Of a stretch of DNA of 64,000 nucleotides, positions 39,363 to 51,230 are shown piece after piece. The position numbers were made by a program, and so were the translations under genes. This stretch comes from Octopus vulgaris. Lineage: Eukaryota. Within the stretch, counting starts at the first letter, position 1; each line of letters starts with the position of its first letter. The DNA lies in the NCBI GenBank assembly GCA_951406725.2, contig OX597821.1, positions 60,326,001 through 60,390,000 on the forward strand. The letters are read 5' to 3'. The notes below the pieces were generated by a model. The model worked only from the letters and a program-made list of their open reading frames with translations, did no database searches and had not been told where the DNA came from.

Positions 39363-41491
39363 CACACACATGTCAACAAATTAACTTATAATTACTGCGT
39401 GAAGCAGAAAAGTTGGTCAGTTGTAAAATGGATTTCCTTGAATTAAAAAAAAATTCAAGAAATAAAGAAGTACTAGAGATATATTTCTGAGAATTATTAT
39501 TCATTTATTTGATAATTGTTCAAAATGATTTTCAACACTAATCACTTAATTATTATTATTTTAAGGACAAATTCTGCTTCGTACCACTTCAACAAACGGC
39601 ACGGATACAAATGCACAATCAGCAATATCCAAGATCAGTGCCCAGACATTCGAGAAATTTGAAGAGGACATGGCTATGAAATATGACTAACAACAGAACT
39701 AATGGAAATAAAGTGATTTTGAAGCCTCAGATATTTTAATCATTGATAAATCACTGCGTACATACAGAGAAGAGAAATAAAAATTATCTACTTAATACTA
39801 TTGATCTTTAAATCTGATTCGCAAAAATAAGGGCATCACAAACGAGTGAAGGCAAAACGAGAGCAACCAGCTCTCAAGAGTTCAACTATTACGATCTTGT
39901 GTGACGTGTCCCTCTTATAAGACAGCATCTTGGTGGTGGTACGTGTGAAGATCAGAATGCTCCATTCATCAATTACACTACACACTTCAGCCTTCCTACC
40001 TTCCAAAAGAAATTACGACTCAAGGGCTTACTTTTTAAACGTACGAATTATATACAGGTCGATGTCATATATATATATATATATATATAAAATTTACCAT
40101 ATGTCCACAACGTAAGGGGAATTTCGTGAATGCACATTTCGTATTGTGGGTTTCGAATAAGCTTCTCTCTCTCTATATATATATAATCAGCCCCTTTAAA
40201 GTCTCTGATTTGGCACACAGATTTAAAAATAACACTAATAAAAGCACCTCCCTTTTGTGAAAGTCCTCCTTCTCCACCCTAAGACAGGAAACGTACATAT
40301 CGTTAATTTTAAAGGTATTCTCTATCTTAATGTAAAAAATTAAAGCATAGATGAAAATAATGCTTTGATTTTGGTCGGTAATTAGCTAAATATTCAACTC
40401 TAATACCATAGATCGTATATCAGATGTATAAATTTTGACAAGACTGCATTTTATGACAGGGAATCTTAATTGTGCTAGTGTAAGTGATAAATCGGCTAGT
40501 TCTGTATATATATATATATATAAAAGCCATGATATTAATATAGACAAACTCTCCATAAATGAGAAAACTAACCAAAATATAACCAAATATGAGTGGATTA
40601 AGCGGGGACCAAACCTCGCCTAAATATGGTAAGAAACTGTAAATTATCTTTCAATAAAATTTACAAACCATTATAAGCACCTTATATTTCTTAGATAACA
40701 GTCATTTAAAACAAAACGAGAAATGGACATCTCTTTCTCTCTCTCTCAATATGGTTTGTCTAGTCAATGTGATTGTGTGCGTGTGTATATATATATATAT
40801 ATATACATATTTATATATTTGCATTGATATTTTAAGAATTAGAATGTATCAAATACTAGAGCTTAGAGATGATAGAAAACAATGGCATTAAAATAGGTAA
40901 TTTAGCTTGACTAGAATGTGACTGATCAAATTTAATATCAATGCATTGTGGAAAATAGAACCAAGTTTGGTTTGTTCTCAAGGAAGATTGGTAAATACAC
41001 CGATGTCTGATAAAATATACGTGTATGTATGTATGTGTGTATGCGTGGGTGTGTTTTAGAAGACGAATGTGTATTGTGATGCATTTGTGCTACGGTTTGG
41101 GTGATATTTGGAGGTGCAAGATAGGGTGTATTTATTGTAATGGTAAAGGTAAAAAGGAGCCGATTATTCGCCCCACTGTCAAGCCGCACACACATACACA
41201 CAGAGAGAAAGGTAGTGTCAGATGAGGGTGGGATGGTTAACTAGTTTATGGCTGATCACCGACTATATTAATGACATACAATATACCGGCAACTGGATCT
41301 GAAGTATAGAATTCTATCACATTATCAAATGAAAAGAAAAGTCATTATAATACAAATAACGATAAAAGAAATATGGTTATAATAATGTTAATAAAAATAA
41401 AATTATAATTAAATATTATTAAAGATCAAATGAAACAAACAGAGAAGACATACTCGTGTAAGGAATATATGCTCATATAAAAGGAAAATAC

Positions 41492-41662
41492 CTTCGTTTT
41501 CTTGGGTTTCTTTTGGGTGGATTTCTTGGAATCGTGTCGACCAGAATCGAAGCTTGGAGGCTGCGCAGGGTTTCGGAAACCACAGGCAAAGACCAAAGCA
41601 CAAACTATTATCGCCAACATTGGCAGCAACATGGTGAGGGTGTTAAATTCTAGAGCGACCAT
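41492..41662 (-). CDS. Coding exon 1 (57 aa, signal-anchor/TM segment): MVALEFNTLTMLLPMLAIIVCALVFACGFRNPAQPPSFDSGRHDSKKSTQKKPKKTK
   Basis: ATG at 41662 in an AAAC-ATG-G context; 171 nt; donor AAG|GTATTT at 41491; phase 0; lies next to a CpG-richer, SINE-free region. Confidence 0.85.
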
Positions 41663-43100
41663 GTTTATGCAATTAATTAATTAATTAATAAAAAACAATC
41701 GATGTTTAAAAAAATAAACTATGTCTATTATAGGAAAGGAAAATGAGAATAAAAGGTTTAGATAGAAGACAGGAGAGATGAAGATGAAGATATTCTGTCT
41801 GGACAAGGTCTTGATTACTTTCAAATGGTTGGTTCGGTCAGTCGTTATATCTTTTCTTTTTTTTTTTTTTTAAGGAGGATTATTATACAAAAAGGGGAGT
41901 GTGTCCGGGCGGTGTCGGTCGTTTGTTGATCCTTTCAAGGTCCCTCTCTCTCCCTTCTCTTTTTTTTTTCTGTATCGCTAGGAAAATGATGTGTCTGTGT
42001 GTTAGTTTTGGGAGTCCGATCTTCCTTCTCCTCACCTCATCCGACGCTGATGATGTTGTGCTCGCTGCTGCTGGGCCATATGGTTATGTTCGTACAGCCG
42101 TTGAGGTGGAGTAACAGCAGCAGCAGCAGCAACGACAGTAGCAATTGGGAGTAGTAGGAGTAATAACAATGGTAGCGGTTGTAGTAAACGATGTAGTGAG
42201 GGTTGCAGCAAAATTAGTCGGCGTGGTAGTATTTTAAAGGTGAGTACTGGTCAAAGCAATACTATTAACTGGAGTAGCAGTAGTAGTCAACTTCGCTTCA
42301 TACACTACTAAGCAAGATGATGATGATGGTGATGGTGGTAGTTGCAGTAGCGACGTGTGGTTGTGAGGCGATAGTAGTAATAGTAGTAGTGGTAGTAATA
42401 GAAGTTGTCAAAGACGTGGTAGCAGTAATTTTTTTTTTTAATAAGGTGATAGGCACAGCAATATTAGACACGGTGGTAGTAGTGACATAGAATCAACATT
42501 AGCAACGAGATCGTCAGCAGAAACAGGGGAGATAACTGACAATAATTCAATGAAACTGTGACACGTGTTGGTTCTAATTACACACGTCTCGCTAGCACAG
42601 ACTCTCGCATATATACAGCTGTATACATGTGTGTGTATATATATATATATAGATGGATATAGATATATATTTGTGACTGTGTGAAAGTTTAGGAAGTAAA
42701 TGTGTTGTTTTTTTTTTTAATTTTTCGACAGGCATATGTTGGCTGATCCTTTCTCTGGACTGCTGTCACTGCAACTATTACTGCTGCTAACAAGCATTGT
42801 GGCCATTTTTTTCTCTCGTGACGTAACATGGTTTGCGTGTTCGGCATTTTGTCTTGTTGGCAATATTTTTGACAGCCGGCTGACTTTCACCTTGCCCTCT
42901 CCCTTTCTTCAAGAGCCATCTTTCACACGTCTCAGCTTTTTATTTACTTATTTATTCATCGTGACTTATTTCAGTTCCTTATACATTCTATAACTCTCTC
43001 CCTGATCTTTTTCTCTTTCTTATACAGAGAGAGAGAGAAAGCGCAGTGAGCCGAATCTGAAACCAGGTTCGATTCCTGGTGAAAGCAACTTCTCGTCGAC
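41663..43100. promoter_or_regulatory. Probable 5'UTR/promoter region of the minus-strand gene, possibly bidirectional
   Basis: Directly upstream of the start codon; more CpG than the flanks; no SINE copies; contains low-complexity (AGT/GCA) tracts. Confidence 0.45.
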
Positions 43101-43162
43101 GCCCTGCCCTAAGGGGGCAGGATTATTAGACCGTCTTATTTCATGTCTCTAAATTTGAATCT

Positions 43163-43203
<41 letters not shown>

Positions 43204-44289
43204 CTTTATGATATATCTTATTCAGTTTTATCTAAGACATGTCTTTAAAAGAATTAGGAATTGCTGTGATATTGGCTTACGTCAGTCCTAACTGAGTAGA
43301 AATTTGATGAACGTGTTCCAGTCGTGACTATGCCATCCTTTCTCGGGCGCTACATATCTAAGATTGCATTATTGTCGCCGTTCTTTTTACTACATTAAGA
43401 AATGAGTTGAGGGAGAAATAGCTTCTATTTCTAGCAAGTCAAATCACCACATATATTTTCCATGTCCCTCGTTTAGAAAATGGAAGAATCACGAAAGCTT
43501 TGATGAACAAAATCGCTAACCTATTCCAGCTTCGCAACAAGAAGTCCTTTCACTTACATAGCTTATGTCTTTCGAAGAAGCATGTAGAACCCAAAAACCT
43601 CTCATTTCTTTCTCTCTTTAACATCTGAAGCTTTACGCTATAAAAAAAAAAAAAAGCATGTTTTAATTGCGTCTATTTTTTTCTTCGGTGAAATTAACTT
43701 TTAAGAATATAAGCACATAGAAATAAATACACACAAGCGCATGCTTGTGTAGGCGTGTACTCACAAACATTCTCACACTCACATGAGAGCATATGTTCAC
43801 ATGATTTCGTGGGATCGTTAGCTATTAGATCAAAGACAACAGCTGTAATATTATAAATAGTAAAAAAAGTGTTACAGGTGTTTTGGACACATCAATAAAG
43901 TTGTAAGCTTTTTCAGTTCACTATTTCTTGGTGCTGATTGATACAAAAATACATTTTTTTTTCACCTCTTTTGTAACCATTTTAATTAAGTTCTATTTCA
44001 AATAACGTCTTTGAGAAAGATATCACATAATGACATTTCTCTTCCTGTGTTAATAAGGATTAGATGGTGTTGAGCTGAGCTTGTGGTTGTGTGAGAAATC
44101 AATCTGCTAAATACTGAATCAATTTCCCATTCTTATTTCTAATGTGGCATATGGTTTTAAATGGGAGTAGGGGAAGCATTGTCAATTAAATCGATTTCAA
44201 TACCCCTCCTGCATATCTAATTGAATTCAATAGGATTTGAACTCATGAATATACAACACAACACATTGACAATGTACTATATAGATATT

Positions 44290-44973
44290 GGAGTGGCTGT
44301 GTGCTAAGAAGCTTGCTTCCCAACCTCATAGTTCTGGGTTCAGACCCACTGTGTGGCACCATGGGCAAGTGTCTTTTACTGTAGCCTCGGGCCAACCAAA
44401 GCCTTATTGGATTTGGTAGAGGGAAACTGAAAGAAGCCTGTTGTGTATGTATATGTATACATATAAATATATATATATGTATGTATAGCGTTGCCTGACT
44501 GGCGTCCGTGTTGGTGACACGTAGAAAGCACCAACTGATTGTGGCCGTTTGCCAGCCTCCTCTGGCCCCTGTGCCGGTGGCACATAAAAAGCACCCACTA
44601 CACTCATGGAGTGGTTAGCGTTAGGAAGGGCATCCAGCTATAGAAACACTGCCAGATCAAACTGGAGCCTGGCACAGCTTCCTGGCTTCCCAGACCCTGG
44701 TCGAACCATCCAACCCATGCTAGCATGGAAAACGGACGTTAAACGATGATGATGATGATGCATGTATTTGTGTGTCTGTTTGTCCCCTCCACCATTGCTT
44801 GATAACCAATGTTAGTGTGTTTACATCCCCATAACTTAGTTCAACAAAAGAGACCGATAGAATAAATACTAGGCTTACAAAGAATAAGTCCTGGGGTTGA
44901 TTAGTTCGACTAAAGGCAGTGCTCCAGCATGGCTGCAGTTAAATGACTGAAACAAGTGAAAGAATAAAAGAAT
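44290..44973 (+). mobile_element. SINE family A with SINE B (44488-44760) inserted in its microsatellite
   Basis: The SINE A head and tail flank a SINE B 3' portion ending in (GAT)n. Confidence 0.88.
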
Positions 44974-45619
44974 ATATTTCTATAATGTTTCTATCACTTC
45001 AGTGGTTAATGTGACATGAAGACGTGCCTAAGCTTTTAATCAGAATGATACCTTGATGACAAGAATAGATCCCTCACCATCAACTCTTTGATTTGGTTTA
45101 ACCCTTTAGCATTTAAACCAGCCATATCTGGGCCAAAGATTCTACCTGTTTTATGATCAAAACAACTAGATCTGGTCTCTTACACCTACCCTATAATTTC
45201 ATTCTAAAATCATCATCAAGTGTCCCCATTGACAGGGATGGCTGGATCTACCTCAATGTCATAGCAACTGAGATAGGCAGGTGCAACTCATCCCAACCTT
45301 TGGGCTGGCTGGTGCCCATTCTCATTTGCTATCATGGAGCTTTTTTTGAGATGGATTTTCTACAGGGAGCATGCCCTTGCTTACCTCCAGTTTCTAGACA
45401 TGAGTTGTCCTGTGGCCTCTACCATGATTTTTAAGAAATGTGGTGGAAAACTAGCTCAGGAAGGCAGGGATGGTACTCCCTGAGACCCTTTTTGGAGTCC
45501 CACTACTTGATCTAAAAATAAATCAAAATTTTGAAGTTATGATTAATTCAAAATGGTTTGAATAAATAAACGTTACCTTTTTCAGTGCTTATTTATTCAA
45601 ATTCTTTGGAAAACTGCCG

Positions 45620-45822
45620 TTAGTTGAACAAATCAACCCCAAGACTTATTCTTTGTAAGCCTAATACTTATTCTTTTGATCTATTTTGGTAAATCACTAA
45701 GTTACAGGGATGTAAACACACCAACATTGGTTGTCATGCAATGGTGGGCGGACAAATACAGACACACAAATATATACATACATATATAAACACGCACACA
45801 CACACACACAAATACACACACA

Positions 45823-45856
<34 letters not shown>

Positions 45857-46035
45857 TATATATATATATATCTACAACGGGCTTCTTTCAGTTTCCTTCT
45901 ACCAAATCCACTCACAAGGCTTTGGTTGGCCTGAGGCTATAGTAGAAGACACTCACCTAAGGCACCATGCAGTGGGACTGAACCCAGAACCATATGGTTG
46001 GGAAGCAAGCTTCTTACCACATAGCCATGCCTGTG
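45620..46035 (-). mobile_element. SINE family A
   Basis: Head motifs and an expanded (CA)n tract. Confidence 0.85.
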
Positions 46036-46070
46036 CCTATATCTCTAAAAATTCTGGCACACCAATAGTA

Positions 46071-47360
46071 TGAGTAGAATAGTAATTAGGTTGAAAGCTG
46101 TGTTGTGGTGGAGAGATGTTTTTGAGAAGCTTTTATTGATTAAATTTGGGGTTATCTTAGTGTTTAGAATTTATTCATACATATAGAACTTTGTAATCTG
46201 GTGTTTGTATTTCTAGGTGTGTTCCCATTTGATCATGAGATTGTTTTTAAGTGGTTCACAATAGGATGTAAGGAAGTGGAGGATGTTCCAGTAATTTCGA
46301 TTATTTTTGGTTTTACTGGATTTAATCCTTTACTTTGATAATGTAAAGGTCAAAGGTTCAAAATCTAGTCCAGTATTCCAAAATTTGGTCATTGGACAAA
46401 TATGCACTTTTTATAATACCCAACTTTCCCATATATCTATAGGCCTAAAATAATATATAAGATACTCATGTTTGAAACAGAATTGAAAAAAAATATTCAT
46501 AAAAACAAAGCCCACAAACTCTGCCTCCATAAAACAGAAAGGTTAACATTCTTACATATTAATCAAATTGCTTATGGAGCAATGAACCCCTAGAAAGAAA
46601 CATACAGACCAACAATCTTTACACCTACCCACATCCTCTTGTGGACACCAAAACACAAGAAAAACAAATGTCTATACTAACAACACCACAACATGCCTGA
46701 CTAATAACCCCCACCTTCTAAATACAAACAGGAATATCTAAAATTATAATAAAACAAGTAAAGAAACTGACCAGCTAAAACACACCGCCTACTTATGTTC
46801 TTTTGTGAATCTTTAAAATTTTATTACAAAAAAGACTCCGATACAACCAGAAACCAAGATTTGAAATACTGGACTAAACTTTAAACCTTTGACCTTTACA
46901 TGATCAAAGTAAAGGATTAAATCCAGTAAAACCAAAAGTAATTGAAATTACTGGTACATCCTCTATTTCCTTACATCCTTTTATAAACAAAAACAATCTC
47001 ATGACCTGAAAGGGGACACATCAAGAAATACAAAAACCAGCTTATGAAGCTCTATATGTATGAATAAATTCTAAACAATAAGGTGACTCCAAATTTAATC
47101 AATAAAAATTTCCCCGAAACACCTCTCCATCACAATCCAACCTAAAACCAAATTACCATTCTACTCAAACCTATATACCTAAGCAAGATTTTAACTTAAC
47201 AGAGACTACATAAAGCCAAGATTAACTTCAAAGTATCATAATCTGATGATGGCTTAGCTGACCAAAACTTCGAAGTCACTGTCAATAATATTCTTGTTTA
47301 AGAATAATAAATTTGTACTCTACAAATGTACAGAGTAACCCATCAGATTAATGTAAAATT
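46071..47360 (+). mobile_element. Penelope-like retroelement remnant with an inverted 5' segment and a terminal hammerhead motif
   Basis: Inverted arms at 46071-46389 and 46853-47167. The spacer gives broken peptides TQLSHISIGLK, KLCLHKTERLTFL and SSCGHQN, resembling PLE GIY-YIG C-terminal TELSKYIW.LK / LCLTEKL.IL / SKCRH. A hammerhead motif lies at 47238-47282. Confidence 0.65.
47238..47282 (+). ncRNA. Degenerate minimal type-I hammerhead ribozyme motif
   Basis: ATAAT-CTGATGA-TGGCTTAGCTGACC-AAAA-CTTCGAAG-TC-ACTGT. CUGAUGA is intact; GAAA has become AAAA, a CpG-type change. Confidence 0.6.
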
Positions 47361-47414
47361 GCTTGAATTATGACTGAATATGAAAGCAAACATTAAGATA
47401 GATATATATATGTG

Positions 47415-47573
47415 AAGGAGCAGCTGTGTGGTAAGTAACTTGCTTACCAACCACATGGTTCCAGGTTCAGCCCCACTGTGTGGCACCTTGGGAAAGTGAC
47501 TTCTGCTCTAGCCTCGGGCCGACCAAAGCCTTGTGAGTAGATTTGGTAGATGGAAACTGAAAGAAGCTCATCG

Positions 47574-47605
<32 letters not shown>

Positions 47606-47820
47606 CATATATATGTTCGTTTGTCCCCCACCTCATCGCCTGACAACCGATGTTGGTGTGTTTAAGTCCCTGTAACATAGCAGTTTGGCAAAAGAGACTG
47701 ATAGAATAAGCACTAGGCTTACAAAGAATAAGTCCTGGTGGTCGATTTGTTTGACTAAAAAGGCGGTGCACCAGCATGGCCACAGTCAAATGACTGAAGC
47801 AAGTAAAAGAGTAAAAGAGA
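47415..47820 (+). mobile_element. SINE family A, full-length
   Basis: Head-to-tail match. Confidence 0.88.
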
Positions 47821-48869
47821 ATATATATCATCAGTAAATCATAAACTCAAAAGAGAAGCACACTCTCACTTATTGAACAGCAGAGTATATAGATAAAGAG
47901 AGATATGGCTGGGTTTGGCATCTATAGAGCACTTAGCTTTACTTTGGGAGAGCAATGCCTGTCATTACCACAGATGGAGGTAGCAGGTTAAGGAGTGGGG
48001 TCAACACCTTCGAAAGAGCACGTATTCCGCATGAAGAATTTAAGCGTGCTGCTTGAAAGTGCAAGCATAGAGAATGGGGGAAGCTTGGTTTGCAATGTTT
48101 GCAGTCATGTATGCTGGTCAAGAGCAGGGCTCAGTAACCATCAATGGAGCTGCAAATGCAAAATATAAGTTAGTCCTAGAGCGCACAATGTTCCTTAAGG
48201 TCAGCAATGGTGTTCCTCAGTCACGAGTGGATGGCCATCATCATGCATGTATGTGTGTGCGTTTGTGTTTTCCTCCTCCTCCACCACCGCTTGACAATCA
48301 GTGTTGGTTTATTTATGCCATTGTAATTTAAAAGTTCAGCAAGAAGAAACTGGTTGAATAAATGCCAAACATAAAAAAAAAAAAAACAAATACTGGAGTT
48401 AATTTACTCGACCAAACTCCAGCATGGTCGTAGTCTGATGACTGAAACAAATAGAAGATAACAGTGCAAATCCAGGGGCTTACAAAGCTTATATGGCAGA
48501 CATAAAGGAAATTTGAGATTAAGAATTAGGATTAAGCTCGTATCCAAACAACATACTAAAGTCTGTGAAGGTTTACCAATGAAGGACTTTGCTAGTTTGT
48601 GGTTTCCATAAGTAGTGTACATTGTGTGAATACAAAATAGTCTCCCTAAGTTGTGTGAAGGTGTTATGCAAGGGTTGGCAAACTCTGAGACTTGCAAGTC
48701 AAATCTGGTTTATGGCCTCATTTGATTTGGTCTGCTAACTTTATTGAATATGTGCCGTTGCATGGAAAAATATTTTGTTCACTTTATTTATCTTTCGTTA
48801 ACTGATATCAAATTGTAAAATTTTGTATTAAGAAATAGAGCAATGTTTTATGTTAAATAAAATAAATAA

Positions 48870-49115
48870 ACAAATGTGCCCTTTTAAAGCCTAGCCAGGC
48901 TCATGGGCCCGGTTTCCCAGTTTCTATGGCGTATGTGTTCCCCAGCTGGATGGGACACCAGTCCATTGCAGAATTACTCATTTTTGCCAGCTGAGTGGAC
49001 TGGAGCAATGTGAAATGAAGTGTTTTGCTCAAGAACACAACGCATCACCCGGTCCAGGAATCGAAACCACAATCTTATGATCATGGTGCTGACACCCCAA
49101 CCACTAAGCTACATG
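48870..49115 (-). mobile_element. SINE family D (tRNA head plus CORE-like segment)
   Basis: The minus strand has A box (CTTAGTGGTTGG), B box (GGTTTCGATTCC), then TTGTGTTCTTGAGCAAAACACTT. Another copy lies at 54680-54965. Confidence 0.75.
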
Positions 49116-49469
49116 TCTCCACATGTTTTATGTTAACAGGATAACATTTAAGAGAGAAAAACTTCTTCACTAGCAAAAAAAATTGTGAATTTTGCAGGGT
49201 ACAACAGAGATCAACAATGTACCATAGACTATCACAACAGATTCTAAGAAAGGAGGAAGACAAAAAAATATTTACTTGTCTAATGAAGAAAAGAAATAAA
49301 ATGGCTGGCACCATATTTACCCTTAAGTCACAATCACTCTCATTTGACCATCTCAAAAATATTTTAATTTTTCATTGTTTGCCATGGTATACATGACACA
49401 TACATCATCAAATGTACAATTATTCCTTCATTACAAGATCATTGCTGATTCAATGTAATTGTCTATTCA

Positions 49470-49950
49470 ATATTGCTTTCAAATTTTGGCACAAGGCCAG
49501 CAATTTCAGGGAAGTGAGTAAGTTGATTAGATTGACCCCGGCGCATGGCTCAGTGGTTAGAGCGTCGAGCTTACGATCGTGAGGTTGTGAGCGACTGGTA
49601 CTTAATTTATTGACCCCAAAAGGATGAAAGGCAAAGTTGACCTCAGCGGAATTTGAACTCAGAACGTAAAGACAGACGAAATACCGCTCTAAGTATTTTG
49701 TCCGCTGTGCTAACATTTCTTATTTCTTTACTGCCCACAAGGGGCTACACACAAAGGTGACAAACAAAGACAGACAAACGGATTAAGTCGATGATATCAA
49801 CCCCAGTGTGTAACTGGTACTTATTTAATTGACCCCAAAAGGATGAAAGGCAAAGTCGACCTCGACAGAATTTGAATTCAGAACATAAAGACAGATGAAA
49901 TACCGCTAAGCATTTCGCCTGGCATGCTAACGTTTCTGCCAGCTCTCCAC
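49470..49950 (-). mobile_element. SINE family C, nested or tandem copies
   Basis: Two successive CCCCAAAAGGATGAAAGGCAAAGT cores. Confidence 0.8.
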
Positions 49951-50564
49951 CATAGAAAGAATATTACTGTCTGTCCAATATGTCCATCTATTCCATGTGG
50001 CATCACATAAAAGAGTGAGTGCAGTGTCCTTGTGGCATCATATGAAAGTGTCCTTGCAGTGTCACATAAAAGTGCCTGTATGGTGCCACATAAAAGCAGA
50101 CAGCACACTCTGCAAAGTGGTTGGTGTTAGGAAGGGCATCCAGCCATAGAAACCAGGCCAAATCAGACTGGAGTCTGGTGCAGCTCCCCAGCATGTCTCC
50201 TCTGGTCACACCATCCAACTCATGCTAGCATAGACAACAGCCATTAAATGGTGATGATGACGATGATGATGATTCAGTATTACTAGATAAACAGCCACAG
50301 TTGATGTATAAAGCTATTTTCTCAGACTTAAATGGATAATTTTTAATTTGATTTCACCCAAGAGATATAATATTTCCAGTCTGACCTAAAAAACATGAAA
50401 ACATTTGTAGTCCTACCTGCCTCTAATAAACTTTGCCAATTCTTGGAGGAAGGTATGAGATAGAGAATATTTCACTCAACAGCTATGATGTGTATATTTT
50501 ATGTAGTTCTTGGTTATGGCTGGTCAGAAAGTTACCATTGGTTTCATGTCTATTATTGCTCTAA

Positions 50565-51230
50565 GTAATATAAGTGATGTGGGATGACGTCAGCAGCTGG
50601 GTGCATTGACCGGAAGTTGGGGCAACCGGAAGGGGCAGCCGTGAGGCGTGCGCAGGGAGCGGGGAATTTGGCTTTTCCAAGGAGGGTCGTCGAGGTGTTA
50701 AGACATGTGAAGACGTTGCTAAGGTTGGGTGAAGCAGCTGCTATCTTTAGCGTTTGGGTCGGGGCCATGACGAAGGATCCGTTACCACTGAAGGGTCTCT
50801 ATCAGAGCGAAGAGAAGGTAGGTGCCTTTATATATCGACTATCTCGCACACACCACAAGCTATTTCGGCGACATTGATGTGGTTGAAATCATCTGCTCTC
50901 CGAAGCCAGGCTGCGTCCTCCACCGCAGCACCTTCGATTGCCAACACAACCCCTATCGCTATACTGCTAGCCTCACCACCAGCAACATAACTGATGAAGC
51001 AAATGAAAGAGCTTCCCCAGCCAACATGCCAGCCCAGCCAAACACCACCACCATCAGCGCCACCAAGTACAGAGACAACACCATCACCATCACCACCAAC
51101 AACTGCAGAAGCATCCAAGAAAAGGAAAAGAACTAACCTCTCATCCCCTAAAACCCATACATCACATTCCACAGACCCACTAACCAGAGATACATAATCT
51201 CTTTACTAATGGAGGTAAGAATACAGTTTT
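50565..51230 (+). other. GC-rich island with a broken reading frame, possibly the 5'/ORF1 remnant of a LINE
   Basis: GC and CpG content rise sharply. Overlapping ORFs in shifted frames end in a P/T/S-rich segment with KKRKR. No family motif was recognised. Confidence 0.35.

Larger units (their letters stand above)
6414..41662 (-). other. Multi-exon gene model: single-pass membrane protein with a Lys/Ser/Gln-rich low-complexity tail (metadherin/LYRIC-like architecture), ~647 aa
   Basis: Seven exons have canonical GT-AG boundaries and matching phases (0,0,1,0,0,0,1), giving one continuous ORF. The N-terminal hydrophobic segment LLPMLAIIVCALVFACGF is followed by RNPAQPPSF, and an EGWTTQRSRKEKK motif recalls the W-x-T-x-x-S-x-[RK]-E-K motif of metadherin. 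The family call is from memory, and the terminal exon is tentative. Confidence 0.8.

Noticed and set aside
43039-43087. Functional tRNA gene
   Set aside because: Only the T-arm is present; no cloverleaf can be drawn.
47900-48240. GC-richer, coding-looking segment
   Set aside because: The frames I translated are interrupted by stops and show no recognisable motif or splice-site pair; probably a repeat fragment, but it cannot be classified.
48429-48460. CTGATGA-CT-GAAA hammerhead-like word
   Set aside because: It is a variant of the SINE A tail (CAGTCAAATGACTGAAACAAG), with no stem I or stem III.
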